Shown: positions 26,844 to 36,628, counted from the stretch's first letter. The stretch: 64,000 bases of DNA from Candidatus Peribacteraceae bacterium (GCA_040081825.1 JBEBFT010000004.1:11523-75522); one strand, 5' to 3'. Translations and numbers: made by a program. The notes: generated by a model from the sequence alone, not told the origin.

Positions 26844-27812
26844 TCACTCCTGGACAACCGGTGATGCGGCTCCCCCAATCTGGTCCAGCGACTCTTTGAG
26901 TGTCCTCATCCCCTCCTCCACAAGCCTCAGAAGCTCTTCACGCTCACCAGGATCTGCAAGCATCGATAGCTTGTCACCTGGAACCTGTGGCAGCACACGA
27001 TACGGAATACCCATCGCGAGTGCAGCGAGTGCACCATGGAAACGCTGCGACAACACGAATGATGCGCTTGAAATCGCTTTCAAAAACTCGGATACAGTTT
27101 CGGGCTCCTGCACCGTCACCGCGTGGTGTCTGGCTACACGCTTCAGTCGATCGGCTGCCTGCCTATCCTCTTCTGTCGCGTGCATGAGGAGGATCGAGAT
27201 CTCTTCCCACGTTCCCTGCATTTCTTCTGTGGCAGCTTGGATAAACGCGTCCGTTGTATTGGAGCGAGGAATCAGTACCAGTTTTCCTGGGGTAGGTGCC
27301 GGAACCTGCTCAGCAAAGAGCGTCAGTGCCGGATCAAAGCTGAGCACGGGCTCCGTCTGCATATTCCACGAAAGAATACGTGCAAACGAGGCGGGGTCAC
27401 GCACCGAGACATACCCCGCATGTTCTATCACTGAGCGTGCAAAAAAAAGCCCAAGTGGAGTAGTGAGTGGTCCTACACCCTGAAAAGAGAGGAGCAGTGG
27501 CTTACGAAGAACGCGTGCCATCATGGCATGCACCCACCAGAGATATGGTGCAACGATCGATTCATGATCGGTGAAAAGAGATCCACCGCCAAAGACGACT
27601 GCATCTGCACGAATGTATGCACGAACTGTGCGCCACCATGGACGAAAGAACGAACGAACTCCGCACGGTAAACGTGGCACCTCATTCGGTGCAGCTGGAC
27701 GCGCAGAGACGATAGTCCAGCTGTGTTCCGGGAACCCGCGAACAACGCTTTCGCGTAGTGCCTCATCACCAAGATTCTGAACGCCGTAGTTTCCTACTAA
27801 AAGCAGCTTCAT
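26844..27812 (-). CDS. polysaccharide pyruvyl transferase (CsaB-like)
   Basis: MKLLLVGNYGVQNLGDEAL N-terminus and length are typical of the PS_pyruv_trans family. Confidence 0.7.
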   Translation of the reverse strand: MKLLLVGNYGVQNLGDEALRESVVRGFPEHSWTIVSARPAAPNEVPRLPCGVRSFFRPWWRTVRAYIRADAVVFGGGSLFTDHESIVAPYLWWVHAMMARVLRKPLLLSFQGVGPLTTPLGLFFARSVIEHAGYVSVRDPASFARILSWNMQTEPVLSFDPALTLFAEQVPAPTPGKLVLIPRSNTTDAFIQAATEEMQGTWEEISILLMHATEEDRQAADRLKRVARHHAVTVQEPETVSEFLKAISSASFVLSQRFHGALAALAMGIPYRVLPQVPGDKLSMLADPGEREELLRLVEEGMRTLKESLDQIGGAASPVVQE

Positions 27813-27826
27813 GAGTAGGTCGGATG

Positions 27827-28282
27827 CTACGCGGTCTTCTCTGCCTCCGCCACTGGTGCCTCTGCAACAACTTCTTCCGTTGCAGCAAGTTCTGCAACAG
27901 GAACTGCAATCGCACCGAACTCTTCTGAACCCGTGAAGCGCTCAGAGAGTCGAGCCTTCTTACCCGTTCGTGTCCTAAGGAAATTCAGTTTCGCACGTCG
28001 TACCTTCGCTACTTTCTTTACTTCGATCTTTTCGATCAGTGGGGAGTGAACTGGAAACACACGCTCTACACCAACACCCGACGCGATCTTGCGTACTGTA
28101 ATTGTGTGATCTGCTGCACTGTGTCCACGGTGAACGGCGATGACCAGCCCCTCGAACATCTGTACACGCTCCTTATCCCCTTCCTGCACCTTCTGGTGCA
28201 CGCGAACGGTGAAACCAGGACGTATATCCGGCCTAGCCTGTAACATTGTAGAAGCCCGTTCTGTGAGAAATGCGCCTGTCAT
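27827..28282 (-). CDS. rplS: 50S ribosomal protein L19 with an Ala/Glu-rich C-terminal extension
   Basis: [33 protein letters not shown]...[19 protein letters not shown]. The start is taken at ATG 28282; the ORF opens at 28393. Confidence 0.9.
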   Translation of the reverse strand: MTGAFLTERASTMLQARPDIRPGFTVRVHQKVQEGDKERVQMFEGLVIAVHRGHSAADHTITVRKIASGVGVERVFPVHSPLIEKIEVKKVAKVRRAKLNFLRTRTGKKARLSERFTGSEEFGAIAVPVAELAATEEVVAEAPVAEAEKTA

Positions 28283-28408
28283 AGCCGAACTAGGGTACGG
28301 AAAGTCAGGACCCTTGTAAAGGGCAAGTATGCGTATATCACTGACTGCTGGGCTGAGCCGGTAGCATGACGAAACCCCATCCAGAAGAGCCAAAATTCAT
28401 TCTTTCCC

Positions 28409-28591
28409 CCGGCGCCTTGCGAGTCGCCGTCGTGAGACTTCACGAGTCGAGCGCCCCAAAGGAGCGCCGCTCTACCTTGATAAAGTGATTCACACAGAAT
28501 AAAAAGTGATTTCTCTGCCCTCCGGCAGGCAGGTTTGCGGCGCGTCGCGAGACGAGTTGATTAGTCTCACAGGCGACGAGCACTGCGCCGG
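28409..28591. ncRNA. candidate structured RNA (~183 nt) or structured rplS leader; identity unresolved
   Basis: Nested long-range helices: 28409-28415/28585-28591 (7 bp), 28423-28428/28572-28577 (6 bp), 28432-28439/28563-28570 (8 bp) and 28464-28470/28537-28543 (7 bp). A local hairpin lies at 28515-28528. The element is GC-rich and non-coding. Confidence 0.4.
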
Positions 28592-28732
28592 AACCTTTTG
28601 GCTCCACCTTTTTAAGTTACGAAAAGGTGGAAATGTAAGCCACAGAATAGTATCTCGTGTAAAAGTATCTTTACAAGAAAAAAGGTCCTAAGAACCCATC
28701 TGCCTACAGGCTTGTACGATAATAGTGCGAGG

Positions 28733-29353
28733 CTACTTTTGCGCTTCCTCGACTTCTTTTTCGATGTTGTTCAGTGCAACGATGTGTCGAGGATCACTCA
28801 CAATCTCCAGAATGAACCGATCGCGTAGGCTGAGTCGATAGAGGAAATCTGCCTTGGAGAAGAGAGAATACTTCACATTACGCATGGATGGATCCTGTGA
28901 GAGGAGCAGTTCGACTACCTCTTTCTTCACATCTCCTACAATCAGGAGATCGACCTTACTGTGGGAACCCACAAAACTGCCAGCCAGTTCCAGAAACACG
29001 AGTCCTGGAAGTTTCTTCAGAGATGCAACAGTCGGCGACTCCCCTCCTTTGACCTCTTTACCGAACATGGACTTGAGCTCTTCAAAAAAGAGAAAAGACG
29101 TATCAGCTTTGTAGTACTTTTTGCGATTTCGGTTTCGTGCCTTCACGAGACCGATTTTTCGCAGGTTCTCGAGCTCACGTCGAATGGAGTTAATCTGCTC
29201 TCCCAGGAGACGCGTCAGCTGCCTAATGAAGTACTCCTCTTCTGGCTGCAGAAGAAACACGGACAGCAATTTCACTCTCGTCTGAGAGCTGAAAAGTGCC
29301 TTGAGTGCTTCATGAGCCATAGAATGATTGTTGTGAAGTCGATTCCTGTTCAC
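28733..29353 (-). CDS. winged-helix (ArsR-like) transcriptional regulator with a C-terminal nucleotidyltransferase-like domain
   Basis: LFSSQTRVKLLSVFLLQPEEEYFIRQLTRLLGEQINSIRRELENLRKIGLV is a typical wHTH. The start could be the downstream Met (MAHEAL). Confidence 0.6.
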   Translation of the reverse strand: MNRNRLHNNHSMAHEALKALFSSQTRVKLLSVFLLQPEEEYFIRQLTRLLGEQINSIRRELENLRKIGLVKARNRNRKKYYKADTSFLFFEELKSMFGKEVKGGESPTVASLKKLPGLVFLELAGSFVGSHSKVDLLIVGDVKKEVVELLLSQDPSMRNVKYSLFSKADFLYRLSLRDRFILEIVSDPRHIVALNNIEKEVEEAQK

Positions 29354-29581
29354 AAATGTTACTCATAAAGAAGAAATAGATCAAGAAAATTGATCATAAA
29401 CTTGTACTATTTGTGTACTCTTATTTTCGCTCTATTATAAGCCATTTAATCTAAATACTACTTCTGTTTCGCAGCTGTATGTTCAAATTATTTATTCATA
29501 ATTTCCAGCTTGTACACAAGTGCTACTCAGGAAGCTTGGTAGAAGTACAGAATAGCGCATCCTCTTGAGGAAATAGTGGAT

Positions 29582-29603
29582 TTTTGGTATACTAAACAGA
29601 TTT
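29582..29603 (+). promoter_or_regulatory. extended -10 promoter module TGGTATACT-10 nt-ATG, near-identical to the one at 52055-52077
   Basis: tttTGGTATACTaaacagatttATG. TGn at 29585-29587 and TATACT at 29588-29593. Confidence 0.55.
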
Positions 29604-31379
29604 ATGAATCGCTCACGATACCTCCTCCCGGTACTGGCTGCCCTGCTCTTGCTCGTCCCTGCAGGGGTGTCTGCTCAGATACCTACTGACGTATCGGGCT
29701 CGATGGGAGAAACCTTCGTGCAGTTTGCAGGCGTTCTGGCTGGGATCAATACATTCATGCACATCATCATTCTGATGGTGCTCAAAATGCTTGGGTATCT
29801 TTTGCAGGCTGACTTCTTCAATGATCCGGAAATGATGGGGGCTCTCAATACTATTTGGCAGCTGAGTCGCAACATCATGAATGTGTTCTTTGCGCTCGGG
29901 CTCGTTGGAGTCGCGTTCTATTCTATTTGGAACGCCAATACCGATCTCATGAAGAGTAAGATTGCTCACTTCATCATGGCGGTGATCTTCGTGAATTTCT
30001 CCTGGTTCTTCCCACGCGTCATTATCGATGTCGCAAACGTACTCACGGCAACGGTCTACAGCATTCCGAATACACTTCCTTCTTTCACCTGCCAGCAAAT
30101 AGCAGTCGGCGGAGTGAAGAAAGACTGTGAAGTGGTGCTGGATGCCGCATTCCTGATCGATGAAGCTGAGCAAGGCGTGTTCTGCGACAAATATGGCTTT
30201 GGAGCTGGTAGCCCCAATTGCCCCTGTATATCGGGACTCGGCTGCTATGCCAAAGACACATGGAAAAACGCAGTCACCAATAATCGCATGCGCCCTGCAC
30301 ACGCAATGATCAATGGACTGGCGGTCAGCTTCGCCAAAGTGACGAACTACGCACAGGTGCCAAACGCTCTCAGTGATGGGGGCACGATCTCACCTGAAAG
30401 GGTGACGCTCCAAATCATCATGGGTGTGATCATGGCATTTCTGGTGCAGATCGCGCTCGTCCTTCCGCTCATCGGTCTGGGTGTCGGGCTCTTCATCCGT
30501 ATCATCATCATGTGGGTGTGTGTCGCATTCATGCCGTTCACATTCATTGGACTACTGGTGAATGGAAAACTGGGTACCAATGTCTTTGGATTTGAGGTCG
30601 ATGTGTGGAAAGAGTTTCTGACGGCCGCATTCCTGCCAGTCATCGTCGGTGTTCCGTTTGCGATCGGATTTATCATGCTTGGCACAGTCGCAAAGATCGA
30701 TCCCCCTGGGGGCTTAGACACATTCTTCATCCCGCTCATCCCCGATGTAGATAACTGGTGGCCGATGCTCTGGATCTTTGTCTCTATCGCCATCATCTGG
30801 ACAGGATCCTTCACGGCACTCAGGAAGAGTCAGATCGTCGGCAAAGTCACCGATAAGCTGCAGGGTATCGGTCAGCAAGCATTCAGCGGAGCAGCGCGCC
30901 TACCGCTCCTCGCGCCTATCCCACTCCCAGGCACGCAGAATATGACGCTTGGTGACGTGATGTCGGGCCCACGAAAGTTTAACGATGCTCTGCGACAAGC
31001 AACGCGCGAAGGGTATTCAACGAAGGAATTCGGTGGACTGCTGGCAGGTAGCTTTAATCCGCAAGCAGCGGGAGGAGAAAAATTAAATGATGGCAAAGCT
31101 CTCGCGGCTGCACTGAAGGCAAATGTCAGCCTCGAAACAAAAATGAACGAAAAACTAGGAGAGATCAAAAACAGCGTAGCAAGAAACGCGACGCCTGAGA
31201 CTCGTCTTCAGCAAGTACAAAACCTCAAAGTCGAGCTCAACATGAACCATCTCACAGATCAAAAGTTTGCTGAGGAAGTGCTCAGTCTCAAAGATTCATC
31301 GGATACCAGCACGGCAATTAAGAATTTAGTGTCTGAGTTAAAGCCAGAACTGGAACGCATCCGAAACTTATCAACGTAA
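29604..31379 (+). CDS. large polytopic membrane protein with signal peptide, Cys-rich extracytoplasmic loop and coiled C-terminal tail (function unknown)
   Basis: 591 aa. It has a signal peptide (LLLLVPAGVSAQ), at least 8 TM helices, and a loop with 8 Cys (FTCQQ...DCEVV...FCDKYGFGAGSPNCPCISGLGCY). Confidence 0.6.
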   Translation: MNRSRYLLPVLAALLLLVPAGVSAQIPTDVSGSMGETFVQFAGVLAGINTFMHIIILMVLKMLGYLLQADFFNDPEMMGALNTIWQLSRNIMNVFFALGLVGVAFYSIWNANTDLMKSKIAHFIMAVIFVNFSWFFPRVIIDVANVLTATVYSIPNTLPSFTCQQIAVGGVKKDCEVVLDAAFLIDEAEQGVFCDKYGFGAGSPNCPCISGLGCYAKDTWKNAVTNNRMRPAHAMINGLAVSFAKVTNYAQVPNALSDGGTISPERVTLQIIMGVIMAFLVQIALVLPLIGLGVGLFIRIIIMWVCVAFMPFTFIGLLVNGKLGTNVFGFEVDVWKEFLTAAFLPVIVGVPFAIGFIMLGTVAKIDPPGGLDTFFIPLIPDVDNWWPMLWIFVSIAIIWTGSFTALRKSQIVGKVTDKLQGIGQQAFSGAARLPLLAPIPLPGTQNMTLGDVMSGPRKFNDALRQATREGYSTKEFGGLLAGSFNPQAAGGEKLNDGKALAAALKANVSLETKMNEKLGEIKNSVARNATPETRLQQVQNLKVELNMNHLTDQKFAEEVLSLKDSSDTSTAIKNLVSELKPELERIRNLST

Positions 31380-31392
31380 TTCCTGACATGAG

Positions 31393-32589
31393 ATGACACC
31401 TTCTAGCGAACTCCGGGTCGAACAGATTAACCCCGCGTCTATCAACACGGCAGAAACGCTGTGGAACAGCGTCGACATGCAGGGGCTGGACGCGGAAAAA
31501 CAAAAGGAGCTCGTAAGTATTAGAAATGGTGCCTTTAACCAAATCTGTCGCATCCGCGTCATGCTGCAGAACCCTGCAGGAAATGCAGAAGAGCAGCTGC
31601 TCAACGCCGGTAGAAAAATGAACGAGCTCTGGGAGCGTGCACGAGGTCTTCTCGCGTCCAGATACACGTCACTCGTCGCAGGTGCTGTCGGAGCAGAGAA
31701 TGCAGACTCGATCGAGGCAGTGCTGAGCACTGATCGCGAGAACGCGCGTGTGAACATCGAAGAAAAGTCAGCGCCAGGACAGATCGCAGGCGAGCTGGAG
31801 AGTATCGGTACGCGGCTGAGCGCTGATCCAAGTGGTCTCCTGGAAGGAGAATCTATCGATTCCTTCTTCAGAACTACCGGAGGAATGGTCGTACCCAATA
31901 TTCAAAAAATCGAGAAGAGCCGAGTATATTTGCAAGATGTTGTGAAGAATGCTGAACTAAGGCGCACACATCCCGCACTCGTCAGTCACGCTGAAAAATT
32001 GCTGAAAGGACTGGAGACCTTACGTGCTGCGGCACCGAGAGAAACCGAGTTCTTTGACTGGCATCAAAGCAGGCACGGCAAAGTTGATTGGCGACCACTT
32101 CGCGGTCTTGGGCTACTTGCTGGAGGACTGATTACTGCCGTGGGCTTACATCAAACATTAAACGGGAAAGGATTCAGCCCAGCAACCGCTTTCTGGGCAG
32201 CAATCGCTGGACTCTCGTACAAGCCTGATATGTTCAAAAGTGTGGGCAAGGTTGGTCTGGATAAACTAGCCTTCCTCGGAAGTGGCGACATGCGAAAAGC
32301 GCTCTGTCTCGGATTCCGTGGAGAAAAGGGGAAAGCAGCCTTCGAGGAACTGCAGGAGCTCTCGGAAGATCCGGAGAAAGTGCGTACACTCAAGGGACTC
32401 ATGAAAAATGATGTCACGATCGAGCCAGGGCTGCTCGCGTCCTTCCTCGGCAGCGTAGATTCAGCTGCATACACAATCCTGGAGAAAATGTCGCCAGAGG
32501 ACAGAAAGCGGATGCTACTTCTCCTTGGTAGAAAGAAGGGCGAAGATGATCGTGCACTGATTTCGGAATACATGCTGGGAGCACCATAA
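31393..32589 (+). CDS. hypothetical protein with a central TM hairpin
   Basis: 398-aa ORF starting 13 nt after the previous gene. The hydrophobic stretch is GLGLLAGGLITAVGL...FWAAIAGL. Confidence 0.55.
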   Translation: MTPSSELRVEQINPASINTAETLWNSVDMQGLDAEKQKELVSIRNGAFNQICRIRVMLQNPAGNAEEQLLNAGRKMNELWERARGLLASRYTSLVAGAVGAENADSIEAVLSTDRENARVNIEEKSAPGQIAGELESIGTRLSADPSGLLEGESIDSFFRTTGGMVVPNIQKIEKSRVYLQDVVKNAELRRTHPALVSHAEKLLKGLETLRAAAPRETEFFDWHQSRHGKVDWRPLRGLGLLAGGLITAVGLHQTLNGKGFSPATAFWAAIAGLSYKPDMFKSVGKVGLDKLAFLGSGDMRKALCLGFRGEKGKAAFEELQELSEDPEKVRTLKGLMKNDVTIEPGLLASFLGSVDSAAYTILEKMSPEDRKRMLLLLGRKKGEDDRALISEYMLGAP

Positions 32590-32622
32590 AAAGAGCGTCA
32601 CTCAGCATTCTTTTCCCTTTCG

Positions 32623-34857
32623 CTACGTTGCCTTCACGAAATCTTTTGAGTACACCTCAAACACGTCACCCATCTCGATCGTAATGTCTGTTGTGATACG
32701 CATACCGCACTCCATCCCCTCCTTCGCTTCCTTGATGTCTTTTTCAACATGCTTCAGAGATGTGATGCGACCCTGTCCGACCGTCTGACCGCCACGCTGA
32801 ATACGAAACGCATTGCGCTTCAGGACGCCATCGGTGACCTTTCCTCCTACGATCATCTCGGACCCCTTGGTGAAGAACACACCACGTACTTCCAAGTGAC
32901 CAGTGACCGTTTCGGTTTCGACGGGTTCCACTAGACCCTTGAGCAGGAGCTCTACATCCTCGAGGAGTTTGTAAATAATGTCGTACATCTTCAGGCTCAC
33001 TCCCTCACGTTCAGAAGTTTTGATGACCGCAGGTGCTGCATCGACATTGAATGCAATGACAATGGCTGTTCCTGCAGCGGCCATCATGACATCGGATTCG
33101 GTGATGTCTCCCACTGCACCGTGAATCACCTTCGCTACCGTCACTCCGGAGGTGAGTTTCTGCAAAGCATGTTCGATGGACTCGAGTGATCCCTGCGCAT
33201 CGGCCTTCAGAATAATCTTGAGCTCTGTCAGTTTTCCTTCAGAGAGTCTGGTGACGAGGTCTGCAAATCCACGCTTCTTTGTATGTGCAGCATTTTGGGT
33301 GTAGAGGCTCAAGTACGCCTTGAGTTCCTTGTCAGTACGAAACACCTGCAGGATATCGCCGAGTCTGGGCAGTGCATCAAATCCTGATACGACTGCGGGG
33401 CCGGAAGGAGTGATCTCCGTCACTCTCTTTCCATGCTCATCGAGCAGTGCCTTCACCTTACCTCCTGTTCCACCACAACCGATCACATCCCCTACAGACA
33501 GTGTGCCTGTATTCACGACGACGGTCGCAAGTGGGCCTGAGTATTTATCCAAGTGGCTCTCGACGACCGTTGCAATTGCTGGGCGCTTTGGATTGGCCTT
33601 CAGTTCCTCCATCTCTGCGACGAGAAGAATAGTATCCAGTAGCTCAGGAATCCCCTGCTTCGTGACTGCAGAACACGGCACCATCGGCACTGTCCCTCCC
33701 CAGTCCTCAGACTGCACCCCGTGACCAGCTAACTCTCCCTTCACGCGATCTGGGTCGGCATTGGGGCGATCCATCTTGTTAATCGCAACGATGATCGGCA
33801 CACCTGCATCTTTGGCATGTGCGATCGCTTCGATTGTTGTTGGTTTCACACCCTCTTCTGCTGAGACCACCAGAATGGCGATGTCAGTCAGCTGTGCTCC
33901 ACGTGCACGCATGGCAGTGAATGCCTCGTGTCCTGGCGTATCGATAAACGTTATACGCTTGCCACCGGTTTCGACTTGGTAGGCACCGACGTGCTGCGTG
34001 ATACCTCCTGCTTCACCTGCAACGACATTCGCAGAACGAATGGCATCCAAAATCGCCGTCTTTCCGTGGTCGACGTGTCCCATGACCGTCACGATCGCTG
34101 GACGCTCGATGAGTACCGATGGATCTTCTTCGCGTGTGAGTTGTTCCAAGTCATTCTTGAGAAGCGCCTCCACCGACACCGTCCCCTGCTCTTTTTCGAT
34201 AGTGAAACCAAGTTCGAGTGCAACGATCGTGGCAGTATCGAAATCGATCTCCTGATTGATGGTCGCGAGAATGCCATTTTTTAGTAGTGCTGCGACGATC
34301 TTTGGCACCTGCACACCAGCCTTCTCAGCGAACTCTTTCACCGAGATGGTTCCTGGTACTGCAATCGGTCCTGTCTTTTGCTTAATCTGTTCTTGGTGCA
34401 CCGAGCGATCCTGTTTCTGAGCGGTGCGTGGAACCGATGGTGCCGATACACGTGATCCTGTGCCTGAAGAGGAGGCTGCAGTACGCTGGCGCTTCAACGC
34501 TTCCTGCTGACGAGCGATTGCCTCTTTGGGTACATCTTCCAGAGTAAGTTTCCGAAGAACATTGACCGAAGGTTCCACTTCTTTTTTCCCAGGTGTCGTC
34601 ACCGCCACCTCTTTTGATTCTGATTCAGTGTCGACTGACTTTTCTTCCACGGCACCCTCATCGTGAGCACCTGATTCAAACGCTGAGAAATCAACGTTGA
34701 TGCCACGTTTTCGAGCGATGAATCGAATGATTCCCATCGCCAAATTGTCCGTCGTCTCACGATCTGTTGGTTTGACACCGAAATCCGTCTGCATCAGCTC
34801 AGTGCGCAGTTCTTGTCCTGTGATGCCGAGGATTTTCGCAACCTGAATGAGTCGCAT
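32623..34857 (-). CDS. infB: translation initiation factor IF-2
   Basis: [28 protein letters not shown], and C-terminal IF-2 domains. The start is taken at [11 protein letters not shown]. Confidence 0.95.
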   Translation of the reverse strand: MRLIQVAKILGITGQELRTELMQTDFGVKPTDRETTDNLAMGIIRFIARKRGINVDFSAFESGAHDEGAVEEKSVDTESESKEVAVTTPGKKEVEPSVNVLRKLTLEDVPKEAIARQQEALKRQRTAASSSGTGSRVSAPSVPRTAQKQDRSVHQEQIKQKTGPIAVPGTISVKEFAEKAGVQVPKIVAALLKNGILATINQEIDFDTATIVALELGFTIEKEQGTVSVEALLKNDLEQLTREEDPSVLIERPAIVTVMGHVDHGKTAILDAIRSANVVAGEAGGITQHVGAYQVETGGKRITFIDTPGHEAFTAMRARGAQLTDIAILVVSAEEGVKPTTIEAIAHAKDAGVPIIVAINKMDRPNADPDRVKGELAGHGVQSEDWGGTVPMVPCSAVTKQGIPELLDTILLVAEMEELKANPKRPAIATVVESHLDKYSGPLATVVVNTGTLSVGDVIGCGGTGGKVKALLDEHGKRVTEITPSGPAVVSGFDALPRLGDILQVFRTDKELKAYLSLYTQNAAHTKKRGFADLVTRLSEGKLTELKIILKADAQGSLESIEHALQKLTSGVTVAKVIHGAVGDITESDVMMAAAGTAIVIAFNVDAAPAVIKTSEREGVSLKMYDIIYKLLEDVELLLKGLVEPVETETVTGHLEVRGVFFTKGSEMIVGGKVTDGVLKRNAFRIQRGGQTVGQGRITSLKHVEKDIKEAKEGMECGMRITTDITIEMGDVFEVYSKDFVKAT

Positions 34858-34990
34858 ACGCGATTGGCTTTGGGGAGCCGAACAACGAAAGAGTAACACA
34901 GAGAAAGCCTAAACGCACGTAAATAAAGCGATTATCGAGGCTCATTGAATGAAACCCAAAGAGCCATCTCTCACATACGTCGCATATCTA

Positions 34991-36322
34991 CTACTTGTTG
35001 TCCTCTTCTCGCTTTTTGTTCAACTCCTCAACAACATCGATCTGCTTCGTCTTCTTCATATCAGTCGGCGGAGTGGAAGGCGTAGGTCTAGTCGAGTCCT
35101 TCGTTGGCACCTCTTCAATACGACCGCGCAGGAGCGGCTCTCTTGGGCCCTGTCCCTCTTCTCGCTGACGCTGCATTTCACCTGAGAGGGAACGAATGCA
35201 CTCCATCACCTGTACCTGGAAATTGGCGTACTGTTTTACCTTGAACCCTGCAGCACGCGCATGCCCACCACCACCGAAGAGGCGACCTGCAGCGACATTC
35301 ACATCGATCGCGGGAGAAGAGCGCATACTTGCCTTCATGCCACTATCTTCCAGCTCAGTGAAGAGAACGTGCACGTCAGCATCCGGCACCGTCGATATCA
35401 GTTCATCCAAGATGCCATGCGTTTCCTTGGAAGTTGCTCCCATCTCCAGCAGATCTTCGCGGCTGACAGCTGACCAAACGATACGAGTCTCCGAATCAAC
35501 CTGAATATGATTCAGAGCTCTTCCCCAAATCTTGAGTGTGGAGAGCGGCTTGGTTTTGTACACGTGCTGGATGATTTCCTGCTGTCTGGCACCCAGATCC
35601 AGGAGTTGAGCGGCAACTTCCAGTGACTTCGGTGTCGTATTGGGATTCTGGAAACTACGCGTATCGGTGATGAGTCCTGTGAGGAGAAGCGTCGCGATAT
35701 CGGGTGTGATGCAGATCCTCCACTTCGGATGCATCTGGAACCATGCAAAGAGGAGCTCGGTCGCGCTCGCGGCAGTCGGGTCGATGAGCTGCAGCTGCCC
35801 AAAGTGTGTGTTACTGACATGATGATCGACGTTGAGCACCGGAACGGACTGAAAAAGATCGATATTCTCGGTGTAAAAAGAGCCAAGAAGCGAGAGTTCC
35901 GCACTATCCACAACGACGATCAGATCGTATGCCGTGCCATGTGACTCATGGAAGTGCACATGATCTTTGCGGATCACTCCTTTCTTTGGAACCACGATGA
36001 TGTTTACCTTGCTGTCCTCCACGGTGTAGCGGAGCTTGTCGATCTCCAGTCCCCCATCGCAATCGAGCGTGATCACGAATTCCTGATCCGTCGTGACCGA
36101 TGTTTCCAGATTCTCGAAGCCTGGCAAAAAGTTGAGTGACTCAGGGAGTGTATCCGGACAGATGACGGTGCACTCTTTGCCCATCGCACGGAAGACCGAG
36201 AAACACGCGAGTGCAGAGGAGAGTCCGTCGGGGTCAACGTTCGCATGCGGAACGATCAGAATGCGCTCGGCTTGCTCGATCGCATTGGTCGCTGCCTGTG
36301 TTTCTGAGGGGCTAAGGGGCAT
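34991..36322 (-). CDS. DHH/DHHA1 phosphoesterase (NrnA-like) with a Lys/Glu-rich C-terminal tail
   Basis: HANVDPDGLSSALA, NVDHHVSN and GGGHARAAGF motifs, plus a ~70-aa charged tail. Confidence 0.85.
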   Translation of the reverse strand: MPLSPSETQAATNAIEQAERILIVPHANVDPDGLSSALACFSVFRAMGKECTVICPDTLPESLNFLPGFENLETSVTTDQEFVITLDCDGGLEIDKLRYTVEDSKVNIIVVPKKGVIRKDHVHFHESHGTAYDLIVVVDSAELSLLGSFYTENIDLFQSVPVLNVDHHVSNTHFGQLQLIDPTAASATELLFAWFQMHPKWRICITPDIATLLLTGLITDTRSFQNPNTTPKSLEVAAQLLDLGARQQEIIQHVYKTKPLSTLKIWGRALNHIQVDSETRIVWSAVSREDLLEMGATSKETHGILDELISTVPDADVHVLFTELEDSGMKASMRSSPAIDVNVAAGRLFGGGGHARAAGFKVKQYANFQVQVMECIRSLSGEMQRQREEGQGPREPLLRGRIEEVPTKDSTRPTPSTPPTDMKKTKQIDVVEELNKKREEDNK

Positions 36323-36410
36323 GTTTAGGTTTCGTATTATTATCTCATATTTTCATGTAATTGTCAAATAGTGTGTAGGAAAGGCGAAACTGTACATCAA
36401 CGAGAGGCGG

Positions 36411-36431
36411 GTGGCTAGTGGTTGGTGGCTA
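36411..36431. repeat. heptamer tandem repeat GTGGCTA GTGGTTG GTGGCTA
   Basis: Read directly. Same family as 16055, 20929 and 46436. Confidence 0.7.
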
Positions 36432-36463
36432 GTTTGACACTCCCACGATAGAATCGCGTTAAT

Positions 36464-36539
36464 CGGGATGTAGCTTAGTTGGTAAAGCGCCAGGCTGGGG
36501 GTCTGGAGACCCAGGGTTCGAGTCCCTGCATCCCGACCA
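36464..36539 (+). tRNA. tRNA-Pro (anticodon GGG), CCA encoded
   Basis: CGGGATG acceptor, anticodon arm CCAGG-CTGGGGG-TCTGG, T arm CCAGG-GTTCGAGT-CCCTG, then CATCCCG-A-CCA. Confidence 0.92.
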
Positions 36540-36628
36540 CGTAAAGGCGCTCAGCGAATTTACGTGCCACGTGACGGCGAAGCCGTTTTACGTGTCTTTG
36601 AGGCGCGCCAACGTGGCGCCGCCTAAAG
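36538..36628 (+). other. three consecutive GC-rich hairpins built around CACGT/ACGTG cores, directly 3' of tRNA-Pro(GGG)
   Basis: H1 is CACGTAAA(36538-45)/TTTACGTG(36559-66). H2 is CACGT-g-ACGGC gaa GCCGT-ttt-ACGTG (36568-36594). H3 is AGGCGCGCCA acg TGGCG-c-CGCCT (36601-36624). Confidence 0.6.

Noticed and set aside
28295-28312. RNase P RNA on the plus strand. ACGGAAAGTCAGGAC resembles the CR-I/P4 block GAGGAAAGTCCGGGC, and nearby stretches loosely resemble the P8/P9 and J11/12 regions.
   Set aside because: I could not find the matching CR-V/P4 3' strand (ACAGAA..CCTG.CTT). P1-P3 would have to overlap the rplS coding start on the opposite strand. I left it as an unresolved structured region that needs cmscan.
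28596-28630. tmRNA 3' end, suggested by GGCTCCACC.
   Set aside because: No T-arm (GGTTCGAATCC-like) precedes it, there is no complementary 5' acceptor strand, and no tag-peptide reading frame was found.
29613-30302. Long antisense or shadow ORFs in the track. These include 29613..30302, 42815..43504, 59668..60384, 12523..13056, 26896..27483, 50222..50749, 22704..23213, 45915..46421, 46745..47221, 57124..57645 and 30347..30814.
   Set aside because: Each lies entirely inside, and antisense or out of frame to, a longer ORF with clear homology or coherent membrane topology. Their translations are low-complexity (Arg/Ser/Cys/His-rich), as is typical of non-coding frames.
29604-31379. VirB6/TrbL-type type IV secretion channel protein.
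   Set aside because: Only the general architecture is similar (signal peptide, many TM helices, hydrophilic tail). No VirB4, VirD4 or other T4SS genes are nearby, and I cannot point to a family-specific motif.
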